Source: Methanocaldococcus jannaschii DSM 2661 | GTDB lineage: Archaea > AGJL01 > Methanococci > Methanococcales > Methanocaldococcaceae | Direction of reading: 5' to 3' | Length of the DNA stretch: 32,000 nt | Assembly: GCF_000091665.1 (NCBI RefSeq) | Contig: NC_000909.1 | Span: 1,632,971-1,664,970, forward strand | Shown here: piece by piece, positions 1 to 8,910 of the stretch | How the letters are laid out: each line of letters opens with the position of its first letter | How positions within the stretch are numbered: position 1 is the stretch's first letter | Notes under the pieces: generated by a model | Database searches by the model: none | Told to the model about the DNA's origin: nothing | Seen by the model: only the letters and a program-made list of their open reading frames with translations | Translations under genes and position numbers: made by a program

Positions 1-431
1 TCAGCTCCTACAACAGCATAAACATCTCTTCCATGAAATGTTGAAGATGGTTTGTATCTTTCTTCATCAATTTTAATAATCCTTTTTATCCCCAATTTTT
101 CAGCTACGTAGGTAAATAATCCATTATCAGGCCCAACTAAATAATACCCACTTTTTGTTTCAATAACGATGGATTTTCTCTCACTCCCAACCGTTGGGTC
201 TATAACTGCAACATGAACTGAAGGAGGAAAGTATGGAATAGCTGTTAATAAAACATAAGCACCGTGATATATATTAAATGGTTTTATTTCATGAGAGATG
301 TCAATTATTTTTGCATCTTTATTATACTTTTTTAAAATATTTAGAATTCTACCTTTCATAGCTCCAACATATCCCTCATTAGTTCCAAAGTCAGTTGTTA
401 AGGTTATGATATCTAAAATATCATCCCTCAT
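1..431 (-). CDS. S-adenosyl-L-methionine hydroxide adenosyltransferase family protein (DUF62/SAM hydrolase), C-terminus truncated by window edge
   Basis: Manual minus-strand translation from ATG at 431: MRDDILDIITLTTDFGTNEGYVGAMKGRILNILKKYNKDAKIIDISHEIKPFNIYHGAYVLL...VAVIDPTVGSERKSI...VGPDNGLFTYVAEKLG...TFHGRDVYAVVGA; TTDFG, IDPTVG, DNGL and FHGRD are family-typical motifs. Confidence 0.85.
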   Translation of the reverse strand, partial: MRDDILDIITLTTDFGTNEGYVGAMKGRILNILKKYNKDAKIIDISHEIKPFNIYHGAYVLLTAIPYFPPSVHVAVIDPTVGSERKSIVIETKSGYYLVGPDNGLFTYVAEKLGIKRIIKIDEERYKPSSTFHGRDVYAVVGA

Positions 432-519
432 ATAAATCCCCAAAAATATTTATTTACCACAACTACAACTAATTACAAAGAAATCATATATAAATTATAA
501 TATATTCAGTTAGATACGC

Positions 520-2805
520 GTGGCTGAAATTATGACAGCGTTAATAATCTGTGAAAAACCAAGTGTTGCCAAAAAGATAGCAAACGCTTTAGGAAAAGCT
601 AAGAAAAAAAGCATTGATGGAGTTCCATACTATGAATTAGAAAGAGATGGGAAAAAAATTATAGTAGCAAGTGCTGTTGGGCATCTATTTACCTTAGTTG
701 AAAAAGAGAATAAAGAATTTGGCTTTTATCCAGTATTTGATATAAAATGGGTGCCTGCAAGTGTTGATAAGGGAAAAGAGTATGTAAATAAATACATAAA
801 GGCATTAAAAAAACTATCAAAAGATGCAGATGAGTTCTATATAGCAACAGATTGGGACATTGAAGGGGAGCTAATAGGTTATCACGCATTAAAATATTGT
901 TGTGGAAGAGAAAAGGCAAAGAGAATGAGATTCTCATCATTAACAAAAAAAGAGATAGTTAGAGCATTTGAAAATCCGGATGAGATTGATTACGGCTTAG
1001 TTGATGCAGGAGAGAGCAGGCATATTTTAGATTGGTATTTTGGTATAAACCTATCGAGAGCTTTGATGAACGCCATAAGGGCAGTGAATAGATGGAAAAC
1101 GATGAGTGTTGGAAGAGTTCAAGGTCCTGCATTAGCTTTTTTAACTGAAAGAGAATTGGAAATTAAAAAATTTATCCCAAAGCCGTATTGGGTTATTGAG
1201 GCACTATTAAAAGATAATTTAAAGGCAATACACGAGAAAGAGAAATTTTGGAATGAAAAAGAGGCAAAAAATGTTTATGAAAAAATAAAAGATGAAAAAT
1301 CTGCCAAAGTTGTTGAAATAAAGAAAACAAAAAGAAAGTTAAAGCCACTTCCACCTTTTGACTTAGGAACTCTACAGAGAGAGGCATATAGTTATTTTAA
1401 AATATCTCCAAAGGAAACGCAAGAAATTGCCCAAAAGCTTTATGAGAATGCTCTAATTAGCTATCCGAGAACATCCAGCCAAAAACTTCCAAAAGATAGA
1501 AAGTATTTGGAAGATATTCTAAATATAATAAAAAATCATCCAGTTTATGGAAAATGGGCAGAGAGAATTTTAAAAGAGAATTTAAAACCAGTTGAAGGAA
1601 AGAAAGAAGACCCTGCACATCCAGCTATACACATTGTAGATATTCCAAAGGAAGAACTTTCAGAAAAAGAGAAGGAGATTTATGATTTAATTGCAAGAAG
1701 AACTTTAGCTGCTTTTTGGGATAATGCAGAGAGGGAATATTTAAATGTAAAAATTGACATTAAAGGAGAGAAGTTTAAGTTATCTGGTTCAAGGACAGTA
1801 AAAGAAGGATGGCATGAAATTTATTACTTCCCAAAATTTGATGAGATTGAATTGCCCCCATTAAAGAAAAATGACATAATTAAAGTTGAAAAGATAACAA
1901 TAACAAGAAAAGAAACGCAACCACCAAAAAGATACACTGTTGCAAGCATAATTAAGGAATTAGAGAAAAGAGGGCTGGGAACAAAAGCCACTAGGGCAGA
2001 GATCATAGACAAATTAATAAAAAGGGGCTATGTCATTGATGATGGTTCTTTAAAAGTAACTGACTTAGGAATTTCAGTAATCGAGACATTAAAAAGATTC
2101 TGCCCAGAAATTATCGATGAAAAGATGACAAGGGATTTAGAGGAAAAGTTGGAGAAAATACAGTTTAGAAAAATTAAAAAGGATGATGTTTTAGATGAGG
2201 CTGAAAAAAGATTAAGAAAAATATTGGAAGAATTTAAAAAGAAAGAGGAAGATATTGGAATCTACCTTATCAAAAACTTAGATGCCACAAATAAAAAAGC
2301 AAAAATTGTTGGAAAATGTCCTAAATGTGGAGGAGACTTAATTTTAATAAGACATAAAAAGGGCAGGTTTGTTGGCTGCTCTAACTATCCTGAATGTGAT
2401 GTAAAATACTCCTTACCAGATAAAGGTAGGATAAAAATTCCAAACAAAGTTTGTGATGCATGTAAATCACCTATTTTAAAAATAGGAGATAGAGAGATAT
2501 GCATAAATCCAGAATGTCCTTTAAAACAAGTAGAGGTTAAAGAAGAAGATAGGATTTGCCCAAAGTGCGGAGCTAAGCTAATTTTAAAGAAAGGAGTTTA
2601 TGGAGCATTTTATGGTTGTTCAAACTATCCAAAGTGTAAATATACAGAACCAATAAATAAAAAAGAAGTTGTAGGAAAATGCCCTAAATGTGGAGGAGAT
2701 TTAGTTGTTAGAGAAGGTAAGTTTGGAAAGTTTGTTGGTTGCTCTAACTATCCAAAGTGTAGATATACTGAAAAACTAAAACTAAATGAAAAAGAAGAAA
2801 AATAA
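520..2805 (+). CDS. topA: DNA topoisomerase I (type IA) with C-terminal zinc ribbons
   Basis: 761 aa; LIICEKPSVAKKIA toprim start, ATDWDIEGELIGYH, SVGRVQGPALAFL, ISYPRTSSQKLP active-site Tyr region; several CPKCGG...GCSNYPxC Zn ribbons. Confidence 0.95.
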   Translation: MAEIMTALIICEKPSVAKKIANALGKAKKKSIDGVPYYELERDGKKIIVASAVGHLFTLVEKENKEFGFYPVFDIKWVPASVDKGKEYVNKYIKALKKLSKDADEFYIATDWDIEGELIGYHALKYCCGREKAKRMRFSSLTKKEIVRAFENPDEIDYGLVDAGESRHILDWYFGINLSRALMNAIRAVNRWKTMSVGRVQGPALAFLTERELEIKKFIPKPYWVIEALLKDNLKAIHEKEKFWNEKEAKNVYEKIKDEKSAKVVEIKKTKRKLKPLPPFDLGTLQREAYSYFKISPKETQEIAQKLYENALISYPRTSSQKLPKDRKYLEDILNIIKNHPVYGKWAERILKENLKPVEGKKEDPAHPAIHIVDIPKEELSEKEKEIYDLIARRTLAAFWDNAEREYLNVKIDIKGEKFKLSGSRTVKEGWHEIYYFPKFDEIELPPLKKNDIIKVEKITITRKETQPPKRYTVASIIKELEKRGLGTKATRAEIIDKLIKRGYVIDDGSLKVTDLGISVIETLKRFCPEIIDEKMTRDLEEKLEKIQFRKIKKDDVLDEAEKRLRKILEEFKKKEEDIGIYLIKNLDATNKKAKIVGKCPKCGGDLILIRHKKGRFVGCSNYPECDVKYSLPDKGRIKIPNKVCDACKSPILKIGDREICINPECPLKQVEVKEEDRICPKCGAKLILKKGVYGAFYGCSNYPKCKYTEPINKKEVVGKCPKCGGDLVVREGKFGKFVGCSNYPKCRYTEKLKLNEKEEK

Positions 2806-2820
2806 AATGGTGAATTAGCT

Positions 2821-3978
2821 ATGACTACAAAGCTATATGTTGATTTTGGAGGATATTCTGCTATAGAAAAAGGAAATTTAATCATTCCAAGGGATAATAT
2901 TTTAAATAAAGAGGACTTTGACAGTATTGAGATTGGAGAAGTTGTTGATATCTACTCAAAGAGAGGAAAATTTTTAGGGAGAGGTTTTAAAAATCCAAAA
3001 GAAGTAAGAATAATGACTTTGAGAAAAGAAGATTTGGATGAAAACTACATAAGAGAGAAGATAATTAAAGCAAATGAATATAGACTAAAATTAGGATTTA
3101 AAGATACTTATAGAATGGTTTATACTCAGTCAGATTGGTTAAATGGCTTAGTTATTGATAAATACAATGACATAGCTACAGTTCAGATATTTAACTATGG
3201 TATTGAGAAGATGAAGGATGTTGTTGTTGAAACTCTTTTAGATTTAGGCATTGACAGCATATATGAAAAAAGTTCTGGAAGGAATAGAAAGAGAGCTGGA
3301 TTACCAGAAGTAGAAGGAATATTGGCTGGAGAGAAAACAGAAACTATCATTCAAGAGGGAGAGGCAAAATTTAAAGTTACATTTGATGGGCAGAAAACTG
3401 GCTTTTTCTTAGACCAGAGAGAAAATAGGTTAGAGCTTGAGAAGTTTATAAAAGAGGGAGATAGGGTTTTGGATATATGTTGTTACACTGGTGGATTTTC
3501 AGTTCATGCAGCGATAAGAGGAGCTGAGGTTGTAGGAGTGGATTTATCAAAAAAGGCATTAAAATTGGCAGAAGAAAACATGGAGTTAAACAATATTCCA
3601 AAAGATAGATATGAATTTATTGAGGGGAATGCCTTTAAAGTTATGGAGGAGTTTATAGAGGATGGGGAGAAGTTTGATGTTGTTATATTAGACCCTCCAG
3701 CTTTTGCTCAATCAAAGAAAGCTTTAAAATCTGCTATAAAAGGATATCACATGCTAAATAGATTTGGAGCTAAATTAGCTGATAGGTTGTTGGTTACATG
3801 CTCTTGCTCTCAACCCTTAGAACCAGACGCTTTTAAAGCTTTGGTTATAGACGCTTGCTTAAAGGCAAAAAAATGGGCTAAGATTATAAAGTATGGTTCT
3901 CAAAGCCCAGACCATCCAATAACTTCTAAAGGGACTGAGTATCTAAAATGCTTATTTTTAAGTGTAGAAGAAATTTAA
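2821..3978 (+). CDS. Class I SAM-dependent methyltransferase, RlmI-like/COG1092 (PUA + methyltransferase)
   Basis: 385 aa; VLDICCYTGGFSVHAAIRGAEVVGVDLSKKAL motif I and VVILDPPAFAQSKKALKSA motif IV. Confidence 0.85.
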   Translation: MTTKLYVDFGGYSAIEKGNLIIPRDNILNKEDFDSIEIGEVVDIYSKRGKFLGRGFKNPKEVRIMTLRKEDLDENYIREKIIKANEYRLKLGFKDTYRMVYTQSDWLNGLVIDKYNDIATVQIFNYGIEKMKDVVVETLLDLGIDSIYEKSSGRNRKRAGLPEVEGILAGEKTETIIQEGEAKFKVTFDGQKTGFFLDQRENRLELEKFIKEGDRVLDICCYTGGFSVHAAIRGAEVVGVDLSKKALKLAEENMELNNIPKDRYEFIEGNAFKVMEEFIEDGEKFDVVILDPPAFAQSKKALKSAIKGYHMLNRFGAKLADRLLVTCSCSQPLEPDAFKALVIDACLKAKKWAKIIKYGSQSPDHPITSKGTEYLKCLFLSVEEI

Positions 3979-3996
3979 ATTACTAACTAAAGGTTT

Positions 3997-4137
3997 CAGG
4001 TGAAAAAATGAGATATGTAGCTTACCATAGGGCTCCGCCTTATTGGGATACCCGACGCCCATCAAGTTGGGGCTTTCAGCCCCAATTAATGTCCCACTTA
4101 TATATAAAACAGGTGAAAAAATGAGATATGTTGCTTA
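3997..4137 (+). repeat. 28-bp near-perfect direct duplication (3997-4024 and 4110-4137) flanking an 85-bp GC-rich insert (4025-4109)
   Basis: CAGGTGAAAAAATGAGATATGTAGCTTA vs CAGGTGAAAAAATGAGATATGTTGCTTA, one mismatch; insert contains AGTTGGGGC-TTTCA-GCCCCAATT (4065-4087) nested within TGGGATA (4044-4050) / TGTCCCA (4090-4096). Confidence 0.9.
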
Positions 4138-4720
4138 TAAAATCTATCCAGAAGAGTTTTTAAATAATGAGGTTGTTGATAACGCCCTAATTATTGAGGG
4201 AAGAAAAGTTAGGAGAGTTAGAATTTTAGGAAAAGTTGAGAATATAAACGTTGGAAACATCATATCCTTTTACGTGGATGGAGTTAATGTCAGATACTTT
4301 GAAGAAAAGCCAGTGTATATTGAAGAGGGAGACATAGTTGATGTCATTGGCAGACCAAGAACTTATGATGGAGAGAAATATATCATGGCTGAGATTATTA
4401 GAAAGAGAGATGAAAGATGGATAAAACTTAGAGATTTAGAAATTAAAAAGACAAGGAAATATTTATTAGAGAGGGCTGAACTTTATGAAGAGGAGAATGA
4501 GGAGATGAGTTTAGAGGAGGAAGTATATACTGAAATTTTAAATTCTGATGTCATAAAAGATAAGATTTTGGCTATTATTGAAAATGTTGGTGAAATTACT
4601 TATGAAGAACTTGCTGAAAAAATTAACATCCCAGAAGAGGATTTAGAAAAATATTTATCTGAGTTGAAAGAATCAGGAGACATATTCGAACCAAGACCTG
4701 GTGTTTATAAGGTATTATAA
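4121..4720 (+). CDS. RPA-like single-stranded DNA-binding protein (OB fold plus winged helix)
   Basis: Native start [14 protein letters not shown] is the internal Met at 4121 of the supplied 4043 ORF, preceded by AGGTGAAAAA; OB-like region [28 protein letters not shown] and C-terminal wHTH-like region. The 26 residues upstream of Met 4121 derive from the insert. Confidence 0.75.
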   Translation: MRYVAYKIYPEEFLNNEVVDNALIIEGRKVRRVRILGKVENINVGNIISFYVDGVNVRYFEEKPVYIEEGDIVDVIGRPRTYDGEKYIMAEIIRKRDERWIKLRDLEIKKTRKYLLERAELYEEENEEMSLEEEVYTEILNSDVIKDKILAIIENVGEITYEELAEKINIPEEDLEKYLSELKESGDIFEPRPGVYKVL

Positions 4721-4737
4721 CCTTTGGAGGTGGAAGA

Positions 4738-5289
4738 TTGTTATTAGAAGAAACATTAAAATCATGCCCAATTGTTAAAAGAGGGGAGTATCATTACTTT
4801 ATTCATCCAATAAGTGACGGAGTTCCAGTTGTTGAGCCAAAGTTATTGAGAGAGGTAGCAACAAGAATAATAAAGATAGGAGACTTTGAAGGAGCTACCA
4901 AATTAGTTACAGCTGAAGCAATGGGTATTCCTTTGGTAACTACCCTCTCTTTATACACAGATATACCTTACGTGATTATGAGGAAAAGAGAATATAAATT
5001 ACCAGGAGAGATTCCTGTCTTTCAATCTACTGGATATAGCAAAGGGCAACTCTATCTAAACGGAATAGAGAAGGGAGATAAAGTTGTTATTATAGATGAT
5101 GTCATCTCAACTGGGGGAACAATGATTGCAATAATAGATGCTTTAAAAAGGGCTGGAGCAGAGATAAAAGACATTATTTGCGTTATTGAAAGAGGAGAAG
5201 GGAAAAAGATAGTTGAAGAAAAAACCGGATATAAGATAAAAACCTTGGTTAAAATTGATGTTGTAGATGGAAAGGTTGTTATTTTATAA
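4738..5289 (+). CDS. hpt: Hypoxanthine/guanine phosphoribosyltransferase (archaeal Hpt, PyrE-like)
   Basis: 183 aa; PRPP motif [26 protein letters not shown] and the methanogen-type N-terminus [30 protein letters not shown]. Confidence 0.85.
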   Translation: MLLEETLKSCPIVKRGEYHYFIHPISDGVPVVEPKLLREVATRIIKIGDFEGATKLVTAEAMGIPLVTTLSLYTDIPYVIMRKREYKLPGEIPVFQSTGYSKGQLYLNGIEKGDKVVIIDDVISTGGTMIAIIDALKRAGAEIKDIICVIERGEGKKIVEEKTGYKIKTLVKIDVVDGKVVIL

Positions 5290-5304
5290 TTAAGGATGGG
5301 GAAT

Positions 5305-5685
5305 ATGAAAAAGTCCTTAAAATCTCTATTAAAATCATTTTTTGAAAAACTGATAAAGAAAGCTTTTGAAGTAAAATCAATCTGTGAGAAAAATCCTAAT
5401 CTATATAACAATGGACTTTTATTTGTGTATTATTTTAGACACTTTTAGAGATGAGGCTATAAGCTTTGGTTTTGATATTGAAGAACTATCTCTTAATATT
5501 GATTTTGAGGAGGAATTAATGGAGCTGTTAAAAAAGAGATTTTAAAGTTCCCAAAAACAGAGGTTGATAATGAATCATTAACTTATTATTTAAGAGATTG
5601 TTTTATAATTTTAGAGGACTATGTTGATGATTATTTAGATGAGGGTGATGAATTCAGTAGGGGAGTTTTAGATGCATTTAGGGAG
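5305..5685 (+). pseudogene. Frame-disrupted ORF of unknown family, last segment in frame with the downstream FAH-family ORF
   Basis: Hand translation gives MKKSLKSLLKSFFEKLIKKAFEVKSICEKNPNLYNNGLLFVYYFRHF* (frame 1 from 5305), then RDEAISFGFDIEELSLNIDFEEELME (frame 2, after the TTTT run at 5443-5446), then AVKKEILKFPKTEVDNESLTYYLRDCFIILEDYVDDYLDEGDEFSRGVLDAFRE in frame 1 from 5524, running into MIISFEKLGEKY at 5686. Confidence 0.55.
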
Positions 5686-6399
5686 ATGATTATTTCATTT
5701 GAGAAATTAGGAGAAAAATATAAAATAATTGATTTAAATTTAAATTCAATAAAGCAAAAGATTGGTGATAGCTTGAATATAAAAGAGATTAAGCCAACAA
5801 AAATCATCTGTGTAGGTTTAAACTACATAGACCACGCAAAAGAGCTTAATATGGAAATTCCAGAGTATCCAATAATATTCTTAAAGCCAACTTCAGCAAT
5901 TATCTATAACGAAGATTACATAATAAGACCAAGAATATCTAAGAGAGTTGATTATGAGGTTGAATTAGCCATAGTTATTGGAAAAAAATGCAAAAATATC
6001 AAAAAAGATGAGGCAAATGACTATATAATGGGATATACAATTTTAAATGATGTAACAGCGAGAGATTTACAGCAGAAGGATGGACAATGGACAAGAGCTA
6101 AATCATTTGATACATTCTGCCCAATAGGACCGAGAATAGTTAAAGACATAGACCCAATGAACTTAAATATTGAGTGTAGGGTTAATGGAGAAATAAAGCA
6201 GAAATCAAACACAAAAAATATGATTTTCGATGTTTATGAATTGGTTGAGTTTGTCGCTTCAATAATGACACTCTATCCTGGAGATATCATTTCCACTGGT
6301 ACTCCTCCAGGTGTTGGAGAGTTAAAGGCTGGAGATGTTGTGGAGTGTGAGATTGAAGGTATTGGGATTTTAAGAAACTATGTTAAAGATGAAGAATAG
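5686..6399 (+). CDS. Fumarylacetoacetate hydrolase (FAH) family protein
   Basis: PTKIICVGLNYIDHAKELN, EVELAIVIGKKCKNI, YTILNDVTARDLQQKDGQWTRAKSFDTFCPIGP, GDIISTGTPPGVG are FAH-family motifs. The true start is uncertain because the conserved core begins about 40 aa in. Confidence 0.9.
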   Translation: MIISFEKLGEKYKIIDLNLNSIKQKIGDSLNIKEIKPTKIICVGLNYIDHAKELNMEIPEYPIIFLKPTSAIIYNEDYIIRPRISKRVDYEVELAIVIGKKCKNIKKDEANDYIMGYTILNDVTARDLQQKDGQWTRAKSFDTFCPIGPRIVKDIDPMNLNIECRVNGEIKQKSNTKNMIFDVYELVEFVASIMTLYPGDIISTGTPPGVGELKAGDVVECEIEGIGILRNYVKDEE

Positions 6400-6455
6400 G
6401 TATTAAATTCTATTTGTTTATTAATTTACTTTAAAACAATTTTATGGTGATTTAA

Positions 6456-7454
6456 TTGTTCTCTATCTCACATCCCGGAGACTTTGAATCTTTAAAAATC
6501 ATTGTAAATGAGATTAACAAACTTAGAAAGATAAATAAAAAGCTTAAAAAGGAGAGTTTTGAAGTCTATGTAGGCTTTCCAGAGTTTGTAGGAACTGGAA
6601 GAGCAACCCTCTATAAACCAAATTTTGAAGACTTGGCTAAACAAGTTAATTATGCCAAAAAACATAACGTTAGGTTTGAGGTTGTTATAAACGCATCTTG
6701 CATTGGTGGAATGCACTTAACACCAAAAGGCATTAGCTATATAAACTGGATATTCAGCCAACTAAAAAACATTGGTGTTGATAGTGTTGCCCTATCAGAC
6801 CCTTATTTGGTAGATTTAGCTAAAAATAATGGATTAGAGGTTAATGTCTCATGCATAGCCTTAGTGGATAGCTTAGATAAAGCCCTGTTTTGGGATGAGA
6901 AGGAAGTTTATGCTATAACCTTAGATAGTTCAATAAATAGACACTTTGATATAATCCAAGAGATTAGGGAGAATGTTAGCTGTAAGCTAAAGATTTTAGT
7001 TAATGAAGCTTGTCTATACAAATGTCCCATGAGAATACAGCATTTTAATTTCTTCTCACATGCAAACGCCCAGAATATCCCAGCGTTGGATGATTACTAT
7101 TACAACAAATGCATAAACCTAAGAATTAAAAAGAAAGAGCTAATAATAAAAAGCCCCTTCATAAGACCAGAGGATTTGAAATATTATAAAGGTTTAGTTG
7201 ATATATTTAAGATATCTGGAAGGAGCCATCCAATTGGCTGGATAAAGAGAGTTATAAATGCTTATCTAAATGAAAGGTGGGATGGTAATTTGATGGAGTT
7301 GTTGGACTGCCCAAGAGAGTTGGAGCATTTCTATTATTTGGACAATAGGGCATTAGATGGAGCTATTGAGTATTGGAAATCATGCAATAAATTATGTAGC
7401 AAATGCAACTTTTGTAAGGAATTGGCAGAGAAGGCTTTAAAGGTGAAATATTGA
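6456..7454 (+). CDS. U32 peptidase-like protein with Cys clusters
   Basis: 332 aa; YVGFPEFVGTGRATLYKPNFEDLAKQVNYAKKHNVRFEVVINASC, VNEACLYKCPMR, CNKLCSKCNFC; resembles COG0826-type proteins. Confidence 0.65.
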   Translation: MFSISHPGDFESLKIIVNEINKLRKINKKLKKESFEVYVGFPEFVGTGRATLYKPNFEDLAKQVNYAKKHNVRFEVVINASCIGGMHLTPKGISYINWIFSQLKNIGVDSVALSDPYLVDLAKNNGLEVNVSCIALVDSLDKALFWDEKEVYAITLDSSINRHFDIIQEIRENVSCKLKILVNEACLYKCPMRIQHFNFFSHANAQNIPALDDYYYNKCINLRIKKKELIIKSPFIRPEDLKYYKGLVDIFKISGRSHPIGWIKRVINAYLNERWDGNLMELLDCPRELEHFYYLDNRALDGAIEYWKSCNKLCSKCNFCKELAEKALKVKY

Positions 7455-7810
7455 AAGATAAGATTTTGAAGGATAGGGAAGAGATTGAAAAGTTTTTTAT
7501 AAAGCTATTGGGTAGAGAGATTTTTATTTCAGAAATGGATATCTTTGCCTCAAGGTGTGGTTGTGTTGGAATTATGATAACTGTTAGGGGGCTTTTTGTT
7601 GATGACGTTGAGATATTTAAAGAGAAGATTTTAAATAAGTTGGAGGAGTTGGCTAAAAGTTATGATATAAATGCTGATTGGATATTTGTTAGAGTTCTGC
7701 CTGGAAGTGATGACATCATCAATATTGGAGTTAGAGAGTTTTGTAATATTTGCAGAGAGGAATATAGATTTAAGAAGCCAAGGCCAGATTTAATTAGCTT
7801 AAAGTTTTAA
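7451..7810 (+). CDS. Small conserved hypothetical protein with Cys motifs (SRCGCVG, FCNIC), translationally coupled to the upstream U32-like gene
   Basis: 119 aa ORF, 4-nt overlap with the upstream CDS. Confidence 0.6.
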   Translation: MKDKILKDREEIEKFFIKLLGREIFISEMDIFASRCGCVGIMITVRGLFVDDVEIFKEKILNKLEELAKSYDINADWIFVRVLPGSDDIINIGVREFCNICREEYRFKKPRPDLISLKF

Positions 7811-7823
7811 GTTGGTTGATAGT

Positions 7824-8897
7824 ATGGAATTCTTTGACAGAGAGAAAGAAATCAATTATTTAGTTAAAGTTCTATCTTTTGAGCCTAATTTGATTTATTT
7901 TATTTATGGCCCTATAAACAGTGGTAAAACTACATTAATAAAGCATATTATAGAGAATAAGCTTGATAGGGATAAGTATGTTGTTTTTTACATAAACCTT
8001 AGAGAGCATTTTATTTCTAAGTATGAGGATTTTATTGAAGTTTTGTTTAATACCTATGAGGAGACATTTATTGAAAAGCTTAAAAAATATCTTTTAAGTT
8101 TTATTAATGATTTACCAAAGAATATTGATGTTAAATCAACGATATTAACTGGAATTCCAGTCCCTAAAAATACCTTAAATGAATTTTTATCAACAAAAAA
8201 TTCTGAAAATGTTTTTGAATATTTAACTAAAATTTTTGAAGATATTAAGAAGAAAGGCAAACAACCAATTCTAATTATAGATGAACTACAAAAAATAGGG
8301 GACTTAAAAATAAATGGCTTTTTAATTTATGAGTTGTTTAACTTCTTTATAGATTTAACTAAGGAGAAACATCTATGCCACGTCCTCTGCCTAAGTTCAG
8401 ATAGTTTATTTATAGAGAGGGTTTATAACGAAGGAACATTAAAAGATAGGTGTAAATACTACTTAGTTGATGACTTTGACTATAAAACAACAAAGGCTTT
8501 TTTAAAGAAGCATAACTTTAATGATGAAGAGATAGATATTGTTTGGCACTACTTTGGAGGCAAACCAATAAAGTTGGTTGAGGCAATTCAAGAAAAACTA
8601 TTAGGAGAGGATGTTAAAGAATTCTGCAAAAAATCTCTTAGAGTTAGAAAGAGGCAGTTAAAGGATTTGCTATATTCCTTGGAGGATGATAATAAAGAGC
8701 TATTTGAGAGAGTTATTAAGCTATTTGAAAACTTTAAAAATAGGGATGAGATATTTTATGAAAAGATAAGTGAAGAGATTGTTTGGACTGTTAAGAAAAA
8801 CATCCTATTTGTGAATATTGAGGAAGGCATCTTAAAGCCTCAAAGTAAATTAGATTTATTAGCAATTAGAGAGATATTAGATGAAATTAAAACATAA
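7824..8897 (+). CDS. Archaeal P-loop ATPase (Arch_ATPase-like)
   Basis: MEFFDREKEINYLVKVL, Walker A YGPINSGKTTLIKHI, Walker B QPILIIDELQKIG. Confidence 0.8.
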   Translation: MEFFDREKEINYLVKVLSFEPNLIYFIYGPINSGKTTLIKHIIENKLDRDKYVVFYINLREHFISKYEDFIEVLFNTYEETFIEKLKKYLLSFINDLPKNIDVKSTILTGIPVPKNTLNEFLSTKNSENVFEYLTKIFEDIKKKGKQPILIIDELQKIGDLKINGFLIYELFNFFIDLTKEKHLCHVLCLSSDSLFIERVYNEGTLKDRCKYYLVDDFDYKTTKAFLKKHNFNDEEIDIVWHYFGGKPIKLVEAIQEKLLGEDVKEFCKKSLRVRKRQLKDLLYSLEDDNKELFERVIKLFENFKNRDEIFYEKISEEIVWTVKKNILFVNIEEGILKPQSKLDLLAIREILDEIKT

Positions 8898-8910
8898 AAG
8901 GGATGATAAA

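Noticed and set aside
689-3000. Opposite-strand ORFs within topA (689..946, 1193..1387, 1824..2012)
   Set aside because: They lie antisense to a clearly coding gene, have low-complexity Leu/Phe/Ser-rich translations, and show no motifs or independent start context.
4043-4120. N-terminal 26 aa of the supplied 4043..4720 ORF (MGYPTPIKLGLSAPINVPLIYKTGEK)
   Set aside because: It begins at a TTG and reads through the inserted structured element; the native start at 4121 has its own purine-rich upstream sequence.
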